Assembly (NCBI GenBank): GCA_001791305.1
Contig: MGEI01000004.1
Location: forward strand, 129,804 to 193,803
DNA length: 64,000 nt
Source of the DNA: Candidatus Uhrbacteria bacterium RIFCSPLOWO2_01_FULL_47_17
GTDB taxonomy: Bacteria; Patescibacteriota; Patescibacteriia; UBA9934; GWF2-40-263
Direction of reading: 5' to 3'
Shown: positions 50,331-60,684 of the stretch, one piece after another
How the letters are laid out: every line of letters begins with the position of its first letter
How positions within the stretch are numbered: position 1 is the stretch's first letter
Made by a program: the position numbers and the translations under genes
The notes under the pieces: generated by a model
What the model saw: the letters and a program-made list of their open reading frames with translations, nothing else
The model's database searches: none
What the model was told of the DNA's origin: nothing

Positions 50331-50780
50331 ATGCAAACTGAACACTACCGCAGTCTTGTCGCCGTCTATGTCATGGCAGTTAACGATCGCGAAGAGATTC
50401 TTTTGCTCCGACGCGCCAATACCGGCTATCGCGATGGTTTTTATGATATGCCTGCTGGGCATCTTGAAGAAGGAGAAACATTACGGCAGGCAGCTTTGCG
50501 TGAACTCAAAGAGGAAACAGGGCTCGTTGTGTCTGAGGATCAGCTCGAATTCATGGAGCTTCTTCATCGCATGTCTGGTGATCGCGTTTATTTAGATGTA
50601 TTTTTCGAAGTGAAACAGTGGAATGGCGAAGCTTGTATTATGGAACCAGAAAAGTGCGACCATCTTGCATGGTTTCCCCTCGGGTCACTTCCGGAAAATA
50701 TTGTTCCACATCAACACCAGGTTCTTCAAGACAGATCTGAACAATGTGCCTATCGCGAGATTTGGGAAAGCATTGTCTGA
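50331..50780 (+). CDS. NUDIX hydrolase
   Basis: GHLEEGETLRQAALRELKEETG Nudix box. Confidence 0.92.
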   Translation: MQTEHYRSLVAVYVMAVNDREEILLLRRANTGYRDGFYDMPAGHLEEGETLRQAALRELKEETGLVVSEDQLEFMELLHRMSGDRVYLDVFFEVKQWNGEACIMEPEKCDHLAWFPLGSLPENIVPHQHQVLQDRSEQCAYREIWESIV

Positions 50781-50813
50781 TATACTTAAAGTATTATTTG
50801 AAAAACCAATATT

Positions 50814-51137
50814 ATGCTCAACACCAAGATCCTCAAACAAAGTTTGTCATTTTCGTTCTTAGCCGTTCTCTACGTCGTGATGATCTCGACGATCATGCAA
50901 AATGCATCTCGTTTCATCGGATCCGACAACGATAGCATGTTTGCACCCATGGTCTTTCTGCTTCTCCTCGTGATTTCTGCTGCAACAATGGGAGTGTTGA
51001 TTTTTGGAAAGCCAGTCATGTTATACATCGACGGCAAGAAACGCGAGGCTGTTCAGATGGTTGCGTACACCATCAGCTGTCTTGCGATTTTTACCGTTCT
51101 GCTTTTTGTTGTGATTGCTGTTTCGCGTGTCGTTTAA
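50814..51137 (+). CDS. small three-TM membrane protein
   Basis: Hydrophobic 107-aa ORF, '[17 protein letters not shown]'. Confidence 0.75.
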   Translation: MLNTKILKQSLSFSFLAVLYVVMISTIMQNASRFIGSDNDSMFAPMVFLLLLVISAATMGVLIFGKPVMLYIDGKKREAVQMVAYTISCLAIFTVLLFVVIAVSRVV

Positions 51138-51147
51138 AGGGTCTCGT

Positions 51148-51639
51148 ATGCAAAAAACAAAAACAGCCATTTTTGCCGGAGGGTGTTTTTGGGGAATGGA
51201 AGAGTTGTTTCGAGCGCGACCAGGAGTGATCGAAACGGAAGTGGGATACACGGGTGGGGAGAATGAGCGTCCGACGTATGAAAATCATCCTGGACATGCG
51301 GAAGCGATTCGGATTGAGTATGATCCGAGCATGACATCATATCGCGAACTGTTGGACTTCTTTTTTCAGATGCACGACCCGACAACAAAAAATCGTCAAG
51401 GGAATGATGTCGGTACGTCCTATCGTTCCTCGATTTTTTATGCGACGGACGAGGAAAAGAATGAAGCGCAAGAATTTATCGACCTCGTAAATGCTTCTCA
51501 TCGATGGCCAAATCCAGTCGTGACAACTCTCGAACCTCTCAAGGAATTTTATCCCGCCGAGTCTTCGCATCAAGATTATCTCCAAAAAAATCCGCATGGG
51601 TACACGTGTCACCGCATCCGATTCGGAAGTTACCTTTGA
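51148..51639 (+). CDS. msrA: peptide-methionine (S)-S-oxide reductase
   Basis: [33 protein letters not shown]. Confidence 0.95.
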   Translation: MQKTKTAIFAGGCFWGMEELFRARPGVIETEVGYTGGENERPTYENHPGHAEAIRIEYDPSMTSYRELLDFFFQMHDPTTKNRQGNDVGTSYRSSIFYATDEEKNEAQEFIDLVNASHRWPNPVVTTLEPLKEFYPAESSHQDYLQKNPHGYTCHRIRFGSYL

Positions 51640-51671
51640 TTTTTTATCTAACATCGATCGACGATCTTTTT

Positions 51672-52367
51672 ATGGAACGCCCGCGCTTTGAGATCATGGT
51701 GAATACTCGACCAAAAGAACAAAAAGAAAAAGAAGAACTTCCAAAAATTGGGAGTATGAAAGAATTTTTGATGCGTTTGAGAGAGGTTTGCCCAGATATT
51801 TCTGACGCGGAGATCGCGAGTTTTAAGATGGCGAAACCTCTGTTTAAAGGGCTGTCTCCGGAAAAGCGCGTGCATGCGAGGAATGTTTCGCTTCGTGTTG
51901 CTCGGATGTTGCCTGAACATCAGGTGATTCTTGGCGCGCTTCTTCACGACACACAAGAACAAATTCCAAAAGAGTATTTGGCCCTCAAAAAAGAATTGCC
52001 ACAGACAGTTGCGGATCTTGTGGATGCATTATCGGAAGATGCATCTCATGTAGAAGGGGAAGAGAATGCACCGTTTGCACACTTGAAGGCCGTACTTCCA
52101 ACACTCTCGTCAGAGTTCAGAAATCGTGTGATTCTCATTAAGCTTGCGGATCGACTGGATAATTTACAAAAGAGACGTCAGGACGGAAAGATTCCAAAAG
52201 GGTATCGAAAAAAATCAAAAGAATTGATCGCGTATCTTGAATCCGAGTTTCGTCCCAATGAATCCGATCCTCTCAACGAGCTTGTTTTTCGTCGGGTAAA
52301 AAATGAACTCGCGCAATTGTTGACGCCAACCAAAGAACACAAAGAACGATTCAAAGAAGCTGCATAA
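51672..52367 (+). CDS. HD-domain protein, RelA/SpoT-hydrolase-like
   Basis: HARNV, GALLHDTQE, IKLADRLDNL. Confidence 0.7.
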   Translation: MERPRFEIMVNTRPKEQKEKEELPKIGSMKEFLMRLREVCPDISDAEIASFKMAKPLFKGLSPEKRVHARNVSLRVARMLPEHQVILGALLHDTQEQIPKEYLALKKELPQTVADLVDALSEDASHVEGEENAPFAHLKAVLPTLSSEFRNRVILIKLADRLDNLQKRRQDGKIPKGYRKKSKELIAYLESEFRPNESDPLNELVFRRVKNELAQLLTPTKEHKERFKEAA

Positions 52368-52434
52368 GTAAGAAAGTATCAGTCTGGAAAATAAAAACTC
52401 GAGCACATGTGGTGCTCGAGGAGATGTCTGTATT

Positions 52435-52932
52435 TTAGCAATACAGGCAGTGCTGAAGTTTGTGGATGGCTTCTGTCCAGGTTTTTGCCTCCAGGTTTTC
52501 CATGTAGTGATCTCCTGACCAACACGCATGAATACCTGACGCAAGAACCATGACAAAGCTGCGACGCTCTCCCATCTTCACGGCCGCAATCGGCTCGTTG
52601 TTGTGGAAGAGCATCACGTTGTCTGAAACAACGATTGGCTGTTTATCACCCGTCCAGATCAATCCACCGCGAGATGGATGAAAGACAAAGGTACCGACAG
52701 GACGTGAGTCCCGTTCAATGGACACGATGTCATAATGAGCACGAGGTTGCGATCGATCGCCGTAAACCATCCAGCGAGCGGATGGCCAATCGACGTATTC
52801 GAGACGAAGGGGCAGGATCACGAGAATCTCCGAGTTCTGATCGAACACGCGACACCTCCGTAGAAAACAATGGTTGAAACGCATGAACACGCGGGTAGAC
52901 AGCCAAAGCTGTTTTTCTCTTCGCGTGATCAA
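52435..52932 (-). CDS. hypothetical protein
   Basis: 165-aa ORF with TTGACA-17-TAAGTT promoter near 53074-53102 (minus); start uncertain. Confidence 0.5.
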   Translation of the reverse strand: MITRREKQLWLSTRVFMRFNHCFLRRCRVFDQNSEILVILPLRLEYVDWPSARWMVYGDRSQPRAHYDIVSIERDSRPVGTFVFHPSRGGLIWTGDKQPIVVSDNVMLFHNNEPIAAVKMGERRSFVMVLASGIHACWSGDHYMENLEAKTWTEAIHKLQHCLYC

Positions 52933-53136
52933 TCACGTCTCAAAACACTTGCTCCTACGAAGCATGCCGGATTCGTCTGAATCCCATAAAATCGCGCTCT
53001 GGCGTTTTTTGGGCGAACTCGTCTTGCTTGTGCAGACCTGCCGGAATGTAAATCCTGCAGATTTGAACCGATGAACTTAACAGCTTTTATCGTATTTGTC
53101 AAGGGTTTTCAAAAGTGATCAAAGAAAAATACCCAA

Positions 53137-53565
53137 TTATTGGGTATTTTTCTTTTTGTTCTTTTTTGCACACGGACTGCACAAACATCCTTTTGGTTTG
53201 ATAAATGCATTCCAATATTCTTTGCCGTAGTTATAAACGACCTCCTCGTTTGGCTTGATTTGTTTTGTGGAGAAGAGAAACACGTGATTTCCGGAAATGC
53301 GCACTTCCGCATTCGGGCGACAGCTGTGGTTTGCGTAACGTGCGGTGTTTTTGTGCGTGGTTCCTACAATCGTTTTCCCATTTTCGAGTTCAAAAAGATA
53401 TCGACCGCCAATTTTTTGTGCCTCGTCATCGGTTACGAGGTTGCCCCAGTATTCAATCACGAACCGATTTTTTGGAATTTCATCCATCGCAAAAAGACCG
53501 TGCCCCGTTGCACTTTTACGGACACGTGTCAGATGTTTTGGCTCGCGAGGGAATGAAAATTTCAT
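53137..53565 (-). CDS. SET-domain protein
   Basis: GHGLFA, IEYWG, RYANHSCRPN, EEVVYNYG, post-SET CLCSPC. Confidence 0.9.
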   Translation of the reverse strand: MKFSFPREPKHLTRVRKSATGHGLFAMDEIPKNRFVIEYWGNLVTDDEAQKIGGRYLFELENGKTIVGTTHKNTARYANHSCRPNAEVRISGNHVFLFSTKQIKPNEEVVYNYGKEYWNAFIKPKGCLCSPCAKKNKKKNTQ

Positions 53566-53636
53566 AAAGAAGTTTGAAGTTTAGCAGATCTTTGCCATTT
53601 AGGCAAGATAAGGAAATTACGCTATACTCAACGAAC

Positions 53637-55481
53637 ATGACGCAAAATAATTTTGATAAGTCTATTGTTTTGGAAGAGGCGAAGGATCATATTGCGGCAA
53701 TTCAAAACGCTATTGAGCAAGAATCAAAATCCGTAGAATTATCTGCTGAGAAGCTTAAAAGATCTTCCGGTGGGTATGATGACGCAACGCGAGACAAAAT
53801 CCTCGCGCATTTTGCGGTTCGCGAAGATCAGTTGCATCAGCTCGCGCCAAGCCCGTATTTTGTACGATGCGATGTTCTCACCGAGAATGGGGAAGCGAAG
53901 CCGTACTACTTCGCCAAGTTTCCGTTCATGGAACAGTCTATCTTCTCCTGGATGTCACCCGCAGCTCGCCTCCGGTTCTCGGACATCGGCCAAACTTCTT
54001 ACCAACTTCAGGACGGGACGGTTCGAACGGGGGAGCTCAAGCGCAAGGATCAGTTCATGATCGTGAGTGGAAAAATTGTGTTCATGACGAGCGAGTCGGA
54101 TGTGTATGGGCGTACGCTCGTATATCAAGAAAAGTTGTCGCAGAAAAAAGGGGGATTCATGCTTCCAGAAATCGTGGAGCGCATGGAGCGCGCGCAGGAT
54201 GATGTCATTCGTGCACTGGCTCAGGGATCGTTTCTGATTGCCGGTCCAGCAGGATCTGGAAAGACCACGCTCGCGTTTCACCGCATCGCGTATTTATTAC
54301 AGTCGCCAGACACTGCGTCGAAGTTCTCATCGAAAAACGTGATCGTTTTCGTTCAAGATGAAGGAACAAAGGCATATTTCTCGAAGTTGCTTCCAGATCT
54401 CGGAATCCACGATGTGTTCGTCACAACATTTGGAGAGTGGGCGATGGAACGCTTGTCGATCAAGGACGCGAGCTTTGTGCGAAGACCAAACGGCGTTGAT
54501 GACGCAATTGATGCGTACGAGCATCGCAAGTGTATCGCGTTGCGTTCGCATGTTCTTCTCGAGAAATCCGCCGGCAAATCAAAAGACCTTTTTAAAACAC
54601 TTGAACACATTTATAGTTCAGTATTTCTCGAACAAGATCTCGCTCGATTCAAACAACAGGCACGCGATCGAGAGCTCGATCGTTTCGACCTGACCCTCTT
54701 GTTGCAGCTCGAGCGAGAAGCTAAGGGGCTTTTCGAGAAGCTCGAGGAGTATCTCATTCAAAAGAAGAACTTCGTCGTCACCCGAAAGACTCGATCTGTC
54801 CCGCTCATCTATTCTTTGATCGTGGTCGACGAAGCCCAGAACTATTTGCCAGAACAAGTGACGCTTCTTCGAACGTGTGTCTCGAATGACACACAAGCCA
54901 TGCTCTACGTCGGCGACCTCGGCCAGCAAGTTCTGCTCGGTACTATGCGCAAATGGTCGCACGCGGGCGAGGACTTCGCGAGCGGACAAAAGGTTCAGCT
55001 CGAAAAGGTGTATCGAAACACAAAAGCGATTCTCTCGTACATCGCATCCCTCGGATTCGAAGTTTCTGTCCCGGAAGGATTACGCGAGGGAATCTCGGTC
55101 ACAGACGAAGTTTGTTCCTCGACACAGGAAGAACTTGAACGGATTCGAGAAGTGATCGAAACAAAAGACACACAGACACAGGTTGGAATTCTGAGTCCGT
55201 CGGCGGATTATCTGGATGTTTTTCGTGAAGTATTTCGAGAGCGCACGAATGTCCATGTACTAACGATCCACGAATCTCAGGGTGTGGAATTCGATGAGGT
55301 TTACCTCGTCGGTGTGCCTTCGGACTACTTGGTCGAGACGCAAGCGATCTCGGACGAATTCGCTGAGGAGCGACTGCGAATTAAGCGCGACCTCATTTAT
55401 GTGGCGCTGACGCGTGCCATGGAGCATGTCTCGATACTTGGTCGAAAACGGCTGTTCGAGATTTTCACCTCCAAACATTGA
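53637..55481 (+). CDS. HelD/UvrD-like ATPase
   Basis: SPYFVRCD, 'QDDVIR', GPAGSGKTTLAFHRIAYLL, VDEAQ, GDLGQ, YRNT, QGVEFD, YVALTRA. Confidence 0.8.
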   Translation: MTQNNFDKSIVLEEAKDHIAAIQNAIEQESKSVELSAEKLKRSSGGYDDATRDKILAHFAVREDQLHQLAPSPYFVRCDVLTENGEAKPYYFAKFPFMEQSIFSWMSPAARLRFSDIGQTSYQLQDGTVRTGELKRKDQFMIVSGKIVFMTSESDVYGRTLVYQEKLSQKKGGFMLPEIVERMERAQDDVIRALAQGSFLIAGPAGSGKTTLAFHRIAYLLQSPDTASKFSSKNVIVFVQDEGTKAYFSKLLPDLGIHDVFVTTFGEWAMERLSIKDASFVRRPNGVDDAIDAYEHRKCIALRSHVLLEKSAGKSKDLFKTLEHIYSSVFLEQDLARFKQQARDRELDRFDLTLLLQLEREAKGLFEKLEEYLIQKKNFVVTRKTRSVPLIYSLIVVDEAQNYLPEQVTLLRTCVSNDTQAMLYVGDLGQQVLLGTMRKWSHAGEDFASGQKVQLEKVYRNTKAILSYIASLGFEVSVPEGLREGISVTDEVCSSTQEELERIREVIETKDTQTQVGILSPSADYLDVFREVFRERTNVHVLTIHESQGVEFDEVYLVGVPSDYLVETQAISDEFAEERLRIKRDLIYVALTRAMEHVSILGRKRLFEIFTSKH

Positions 55482-55541
55482 CATAAAGCGCTTTCGCCTG
55501 TAGCATTGCGGGATTCTGTTAATCAACAGAGCGAAAAAAAT

Positions 55542-56129
55542 ATGTTTAAACGAAATAATGGATTTGCTGGCAAATCCTTCGGAAAGAGAGACGGGGGGCC
55601 CGTCACGATGCACAAAACGTCTTGTGCGCAATGTGGAAACTCTTGTGAGGTTCCATTTAAGCCAAATGGCAAAAAGCCAGTACTTTGTGGAGATTGTTTC
55701 CGTAAAGACGATAACGGTGGGGAACGCTCAGAGCGTCCATCCTTCCGTTCGAACGACCGATCTTATGATCGTTCGGAGCCAAAGTATTCAAAGTTTGATG
55801 ACTCAAAGCCTTCTTACCCAGCGACTTGTGGAGAATGTGGCGCACGCTGCACCGTTCCATTCAAGCCAATGCAAGGAAAGCCGGTAAAGTGTCGCGAGTG
55901 TTTTGTTCCAGGTGACCGCCCATCCTCAAACGGAGGAAGCGGAATGACACAAGAGCAATTCAACATGTTGAACACAAAATTGGACTCCATCTTGAAAGCG
56001 CTCGGAACATACGTTTCAACGCCAAAGCGTTTGAAAGAGCCAACAGATGAATTTTCTCTCGAAGTCGACGCGACTCCAACAGAGAAACCAGAAAAGAAAG
56101 CTTGGGCAAAACTCAAGTACAAAAAGTAA
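55542..56129 (+). CDS. CxxC-x17-CxxC domain protein (two copies)
   Basis: CAQCG..CEVPFKP...PVLCGDCF and CGECG..CTVPFKP...PVKCRECF. Confidence 0.88.
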   Translation: MFKRNNGFAGKSFGKRDGGPVTMHKTSCAQCGNSCEVPFKPNGKKPVLCGDCFRKDDNGGERSERPSFRSNDRSYDRSEPKYSKFDDSKPSYPATCGECGARCTVPFKPMQGKPVKCRECFVPGDRPSSNGGSGMTQEQFNMLNTKLDSILKALGTYVSTPKRLKEPTDEFSLEVDATPTEKPEKKAWAKLKYKK

Positions 56130-56207
56130 TTTAAAAACCACCAACAAATCGTTGGTGGTTTTGTTTTCTTGATCGTGTGGAGAAATGCTATACTGTCGCA
56201 ACAGCTT

Positions 56208-57611
56208 ATGACCCAAGCCCAAGCGCTCAACATCTTAAAAACCGGTAACTCGGTTTTTTTGACCGGTGAACCCGGAGCGGGAAAGACGTATACCATTAAC
56301 AAGTACGTCTCGTATTTGCGTTCCAAAAAGGTGAATGTCGCGATTACGGCATCGACCGGAATCGCTGCAACGCATGTTGGCGGAATGACAATTCATTCTT
56401 GGAGTGGGATTGGGATTAGCAAGATGCTTTCGAAAGAGGAGCTTCGAGAGATCGCAAGAAACAGTCGGATTCTGAACAGAATGTTGAAGACAAGTGTGCT
56501 CATCATTGATGAAATCTCGATGCTCGACGGTCGAACCTTCGACTTGATCGAACTCGTGTGCCGCACGGTTCGCAAAAAAGATGAACCATTCGGCGGAATG
56601 CAAGTTGTCTGTGTTGGTGATTTTTTTCAGTTGCCGCCCGTTTCTCGACAAGGCGAACCAATTCCCGAGTTCGCATTTCAGTCGAAAGCCTGGCAGATGA
56701 TGGATCCTCGCGTGTGCTATTTAACTGAGCATCATCGTCAAGATGACAAAGTGTTTCTTGGTGTTTTACGATCGATGCGCTCGGGCTTTCTCTCTGACGA
56801 AGATAAAGATGTGCTCCTCTCGAGGTCTGTTGATACGAATTTCGACCACGCCGATCTCGACGTACCGAAGTTGTTTACGCACAACGCGAATGTGGATCAA
56901 CTGAACGAGTATGAGCTTCGGAGAATCCCAGGAAAGAAAGAATCCTTCGACATGGAAATGCATGGCGCGCCGCCGCTTGTTGAGCAACTTAAACGAGGAT
57001 GTTTGTCGCCCGAGACATTGCATTTGAAAAAAGGGGCGCAGGTGATGTTTACAAAAAACAGTTTCAACGAGAATTACGTGAATGGAACGATTGGAGTGAT
57101 TACTGGATTCATGCCCGAGTCGAAGTACCCAATTGTGCGTACAAGATCAGGACAAGTGATTGAGGTCGCGAAGTCGTCTTGGTCCATTCGCGCGGAAGAC
57201 AAAGAGCTTGCGAGTATCGTACAGTTTCCACTTCGCCTTGCCTGGGCGATGACGGTTCACAAGAGTCAGGGTATGTCGCTCGATGCGGCGTTTGTTGATC
57301 TCTCAAACGCGTTCGTGTGCGGGCAGGGATATGTCGCGCTTTCCCGCGTGCGCAATCTCGAAGGCTTACATCTCGGCGGACTGAACGCACAGGCGCTCGA
57401 AGTGAATCAGGATGTGCTGATGAAAGATGCAGAGTTTCGTGATCAGTCACATGATGCAGAGGAGCTTCTCGAAATGCTGACGGAAGAGGATCTGAAAACA
57501 CGGCACGATGCGTTCGTTCGTGATTGCAATGGTATTATTGAAAGCGATGTCGAGGAATGGATACAGTTGCTCAAAAAACCAAAAAAGGCTATAAAGAAGC
57601 GCAAAAAATAA
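56208..57611 (+). CDS. PIF1-family helicase
   Basis: FLTGEPGAGKT, ASTGIAA, IDEISM, GDFFQLPPV, QFPLRLAWAMTVHKSQG, YVALSR. Confidence 0.92.
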   Translation: MTQAQALNILKTGNSVFLTGEPGAGKTYTINKYVSYLRSKKVNVAITASTGIAATHVGGMTIHSWSGIGISKMLSKEELREIARNSRILNRMLKTSVLIIDEISMLDGRTFDLIELVCRTVRKKDEPFGGMQVVCVGDFFQLPPVSRQGEPIPEFAFQSKAWQMMDPRVCYLTEHHRQDDKVFLGVLRSMRSGFLSDEDKDVLLSRSVDTNFDHADLDVPKLFTHNANVDQLNEYELRRIPGKKESFDMEMHGAPPLVEQLKRGCLSPETLHLKKGAQVMFTKNSFNENYVNGTIGVITGFMPESKYPIVRTRSGQVIEVAKSSWSIRAEDKELASIVQFPLRLAWAMTVHKSQGMSLDAAFVDLSNAFVCGQGYVALSRVRNLEGLHLGGLNAQALEVNQDVLMKDAEFRDQSHDAEELLEMLTEEDLKTRHDAFVRDCNGIIESDVEEWIQLLKKPKKAIKKRKK

Positions 57612-57614
57612 ACT

Positions 57615-58334
57615 ATGTCAAACATTCCAAAACACATCGGGTTTATCATGGACGGTAATCGTCGTTGGGCAAAAGAGCGCGGACTCAGCTCAGGTGATGG
57701 CCATGCGGCGGGAGTTGAGAATCTCACGACCATCCTCGAGGCTTGTGCGAAGCGTGGGGTTGAAACGGTGACGATCTACGCGTTCAGCACGGAGAATTTT
57801 AAGAAACGATCACAAAAAGAAATCGCGACGCTGTTTGATCTGCTCGGACTCTGGTTGCAACGCAAATCAAAAGTGATGCGCGAGCGAGGCGTGTGTCTTG
57901 CGTTTCTTGGTGACCTCTCGAAGTTGCCTGAACGCCTTCAGCACAAGATCAACCACGCCGTTGATGTTCTCAAAACAAACGAGCGCATTAAATGCAATGT
58001 ACTCATGAATTATGGTGGACGACCTGAAATCGTAAATGCATTAAAAGAGATTGTGAAAAAGGGAATCGTCGCAGACGAAATCAACGAGGAACTCATTGAA
58101 CAACATTTGTATACAAAGGGTCAGAGTGACCCGGACCTCATGATTCGCACCGGCGGCGAAATGCGCGTCAGCAACTTCTTGATCTGGCAGCTAAGTTACT
58201 CGGAGTTATATTTTACAGACACGTTCTGGCCAGCGTTTGACGAAGCGGAACTCGACAAGGCGCTCGCAGAGTATGTACGTCGAGATCGACGACTGGGAGG
58301 GGATACGGTTGCTGAGGCGGTAAAATCAATTTAA
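57615..58334 (+). CDS. uppS: undecaprenyl diphosphate synthase
   Basis: HIGFIMDGNRRWA, YAFSTEN, NYGGR, IRTGGE.R.SNFLIWQ. Confidence 0.95.
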   Translation: MSNIPKHIGFIMDGNRRWAKERGLSSGDGHAAGVENLTTILEACAKRGVETVTIYAFSTENFKKRSQKEIATLFDLLGLWLQRKSKVMRERGVCLAFLGDLSKLPERLQHKINHAVDVLKTNERIKCNVLMNYGGRPEIVNALKEIVKKGIVADEINEELIEQHLYTKGQSDPDLMIRTGGEMRVSNFLIWQLSYSELYFTDTFWPAFDEAELDKALAEYVRRDRRLGGDTVAEAVKSI

Positions 58335-58336
58335 TC

Positions 58337-59251
58337 ATGTCTATCGAACACAAACTTATTATTTTCTACAAATACACTCCTGTCACTGACGTGGAGCGGT
58401 TTGTGATTTGGCAAAAGAAGCATTGTACAGAACTTGGCTTGCTCGGTCGCATCTTAATTGCAAAAGAGGGAATCAATGGAACGGTTGAAGGACGGATCGA
58501 GAATATTGAAGAGTATGAGCGCCGGATGCATGCTCTCGATGGGAGTGCGGGCAAGTTCGGAGACTTCTCGAATGTTTGGTTTAAAGAGAGTCCATCGAAT
58601 GGAGGAGCGTTCGAGAAGCTCAAAGTAAAAGCACGAACGGAGATTGTTGCAACGGGGTTATCTCTCGACGCGGATATTGATCCAAATGAGGTTACGGGAA
58701 CGCATATTGAAGCCGCGGAACTCAAGAAGTGGATCGAGAGCGGGGAAGAGTTTGAGATTATCGACATGCGTAATGATTATGAATATGCGGTCGGACATTT
58801 CGCAGGTTCCAGACAAAGCGGCATGCAAAACTTTCGGGATCTTCCAAAGATCGTTTCGGAGCATGAAGAGCTCAAAGACAAAAAAGTGCTGACTGTTTGT
58901 ACGTATGGCGTGCGATGTGAGAAAGCATCCGGTCATTTGATCCGCCAAGGATTTAAAGAGGTGTACCAACTTCATGGGGGAATCGGAACCTACATGAAGG
59001 AATATCCAGGCCAAGATTTTCTCGGCTCTCTCTACGTCTTTGACGACCGCATGACCGAGCAATTCACAGATCAATACCAAAAGATCGGTGTCTGTGTCGT
59101 CTGTTCATCCACGAGCGAACGCTTCGGAAATTGTGCCTGGCCAGACTGCCACAAACAGATGATTATTTGTGTGGAATGTTCGCCTCAAGAAAAGACCATT
59201 TATTGCCGAAAAGACTGCGAATTATCGCACTTAAAAGGGGTTGTCAAATAA
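58337..59251 (+). CDS. trhO: rhodanese-domain tRNA uridine(34) hydroxylase (TrhO/YceA family)
   Basis: FYKY, GRILIAKEGINGT, DMRNDYE..VGHF, CTYGVRCEK, QLHGGI, YVFDDR. Confidence 0.85.
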   Translation: MSIEHKLIIFYKYTPVTDVERFVIWQKKHCTELGLLGRILIAKEGINGTVEGRIENIEEYERRMHALDGSAGKFGDFSNVWFKESPSNGGAFEKLKVKARTEIVATGLSLDADIDPNEVTGTHIEAAELKKWIESGEEFEIIDMRNDYEYAVGHFAGSRQSGMQNFRDLPKIVSEHEELKDKKVLTVCTYGVRCEKASGHLIRQGFKEVYQLHGGIGTYMKEYPGQDFLGSLYVFDDRMTEQFTDQYQKIGVCVVCSSTSERFGNCAWPDCHKQMIICVECSPQEKTIYCRKDCELSHLKGVVK

Positions 59252-59359
59252 CCCTTTTTTTGTTACACTTCCGGCGCCTGTAAGACGCGGTGGCATTCGA
59301 GCCTTTTCCGCCCTTTCCGGCTTTTCCGCCCTTTCTAATTCACCTAACCAGTCTCACCT

Positions 59360-59659
59360 ATGATGCTTTTTTTCATTGGTCTTGTCGAAATGATCATTGC
59401 GACCATTTGGACACGATTCGTATCACAGGGAAAAATGTTTGCGAGCGCGTTTATCACGTTTGTGAACATCCTGATCTGGTATTATGTCCTGCAAGAAATC
59501 ATTTCTGATTTAAGTGATTGGACGATTATTGTTCTGTACGCCGCTGGTTGTGCGGTCGGAACAATGCTTGGAATGTATCTGTTCGATCGTGAACAGAAAC
59601 CAAAAGCGCGTCCCCTCACAGAAGTCGAAATTGAACACGTATTGCCGGACACTGTATGA
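59360..59659 (+). CDS. small membrane protein
   Basis: Three hydrophobic segments, 'YAAGCAVGTMLG'. Confidence 0.65.
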   Translation: MMLFFIGLVEMIIATIWTRFVSQGKMFASAFITFVNILIWYYVLQEIISDLSDWTIIVLYAAGCAVGTMLGMYLFDREQKPKARPLTEVEIEHVLPDTV

Positions 59660-59775
59660 TTACAGCAATACCGCAACCCCCGGACCCTGCGCCCGGATAA
59701 AAACACTACCCACATCGAAATCGAAGGGTAGTGTTTTTGTTTCAAGGTCTTTCTGGTAAACTAGAATGAACGCAT

Positions 59776-60684
59776 ATGCATTTTTTGAAAAAAAATTGGC
59801 CAGTTCTGATTCTTGTTCTTTTTGTTGTTTCCATCGTGACCTGGGTTCTCACAGCGCCATCTCAAAAACAATCAACGAATTCTGCTGATCAAAAACTTCG
59901 AGTTGTTGCGAGTTTTTATCCGATCGCCGAATTCGCACGACACGTTGGTGGAGATCTTGTGAATGTTGAAACCATTACACCTGTTGGTGTGGAGCCACAT
60001 GAATATGAGCCGACCGCACAACAATTAGAACGTATTTCAGAGTCTGATCTTTTTTTGTATAACGGCGAAGGACTTGATGCGTGGGCGGATCCAATTGGAG
60101 CAAAACTTGGAATTGGGGAGCGAAGTTGGATTATGTCGCATACGGTCACCCTTATTGAACACGACCCACATATTTGGTTAAATCCTGTTTTGGCAAAACA
60201 GGAAGTGATGTGGATTTACTCAGCTCTTTCGTATGTTGATCCAACACATGACGCGATTTATAAACAAAATGCAGAAGCATACATCAATCAACTCTCCGCA
60301 CTCGATGAAGCCTATGCTCATGGACTGAAAACCTGCGCAAACAGAACAGTTGTGACTTCGCACGAAGCATTCGCTTACCTTGCCAAACAATACAAATTTG
60401 AAACGATTGCGATCACCGGTCTCTCCCCAGAAGAAGAACCATCTGCTGGTCGACTCGCAGAGATTGCGAAGCTCGCAAAAGAAAAGCAAATCAAATACAT
60501 TTTTTTTGAAACACTTGTCAGTCCAAAGCTTGCCCAAACACTCGCGTCTGAGATTGGAGCACAAACACTCGTCTTTGATCCAATCGAAGGTGTTTCGGAA
60601 GAAGACCAAGCGGCGGGAAAGAATTATGTGAGTATCATGCAAGAGAACTTAACCAATCTTAAAATTGGAATGATGTGCCAGTAA
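59776..60684 (+). CDS. znuA: zinc ABC transporter substrate-binding protein
   Basis: EPHEYEPT, DPHIWL, SHEAFAYL, DPIE. Confidence 0.88.
   Translation: MHFLKKNWPVLILVLFVVSIVTWVLTAPSQKQSTNSADQKLRVVASFYPIAEFARHVGGDLVNVETITPVGVEPHEYEPTAQQLERISESDLFLYNGEGLDAWADPIGAKLGIGERSWIMSHTVTLIEHDPHIWLNPVLAKQEVMWIYSALSYVDPTHDAIYKQNAEAYINQLSALDEAYAHGLKTCANRTVVTSHEAFAYLAKQYKFETIAITGLSPEEEPSAGRLAEIAKLAKEKQIKYIFFETLVSPKLAQTLASEIGAQTLVFDPIEGVSEEDQAAGKNYVSIMQENLTNLKIGMMCQ

Noticed and set aside
53589-53610. Short inverted repeat (TTGCC...GGCAA) upstream of the HelD-like gene as a possible operator
   Set aside because: Only 5-6 bp arms and a single instance; cannot be distinguished from chance.
59656-59700. 14-codon ORF MITAIPQPPDPAPG before a terminator
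   Set aside because: Too short, with no independent support.
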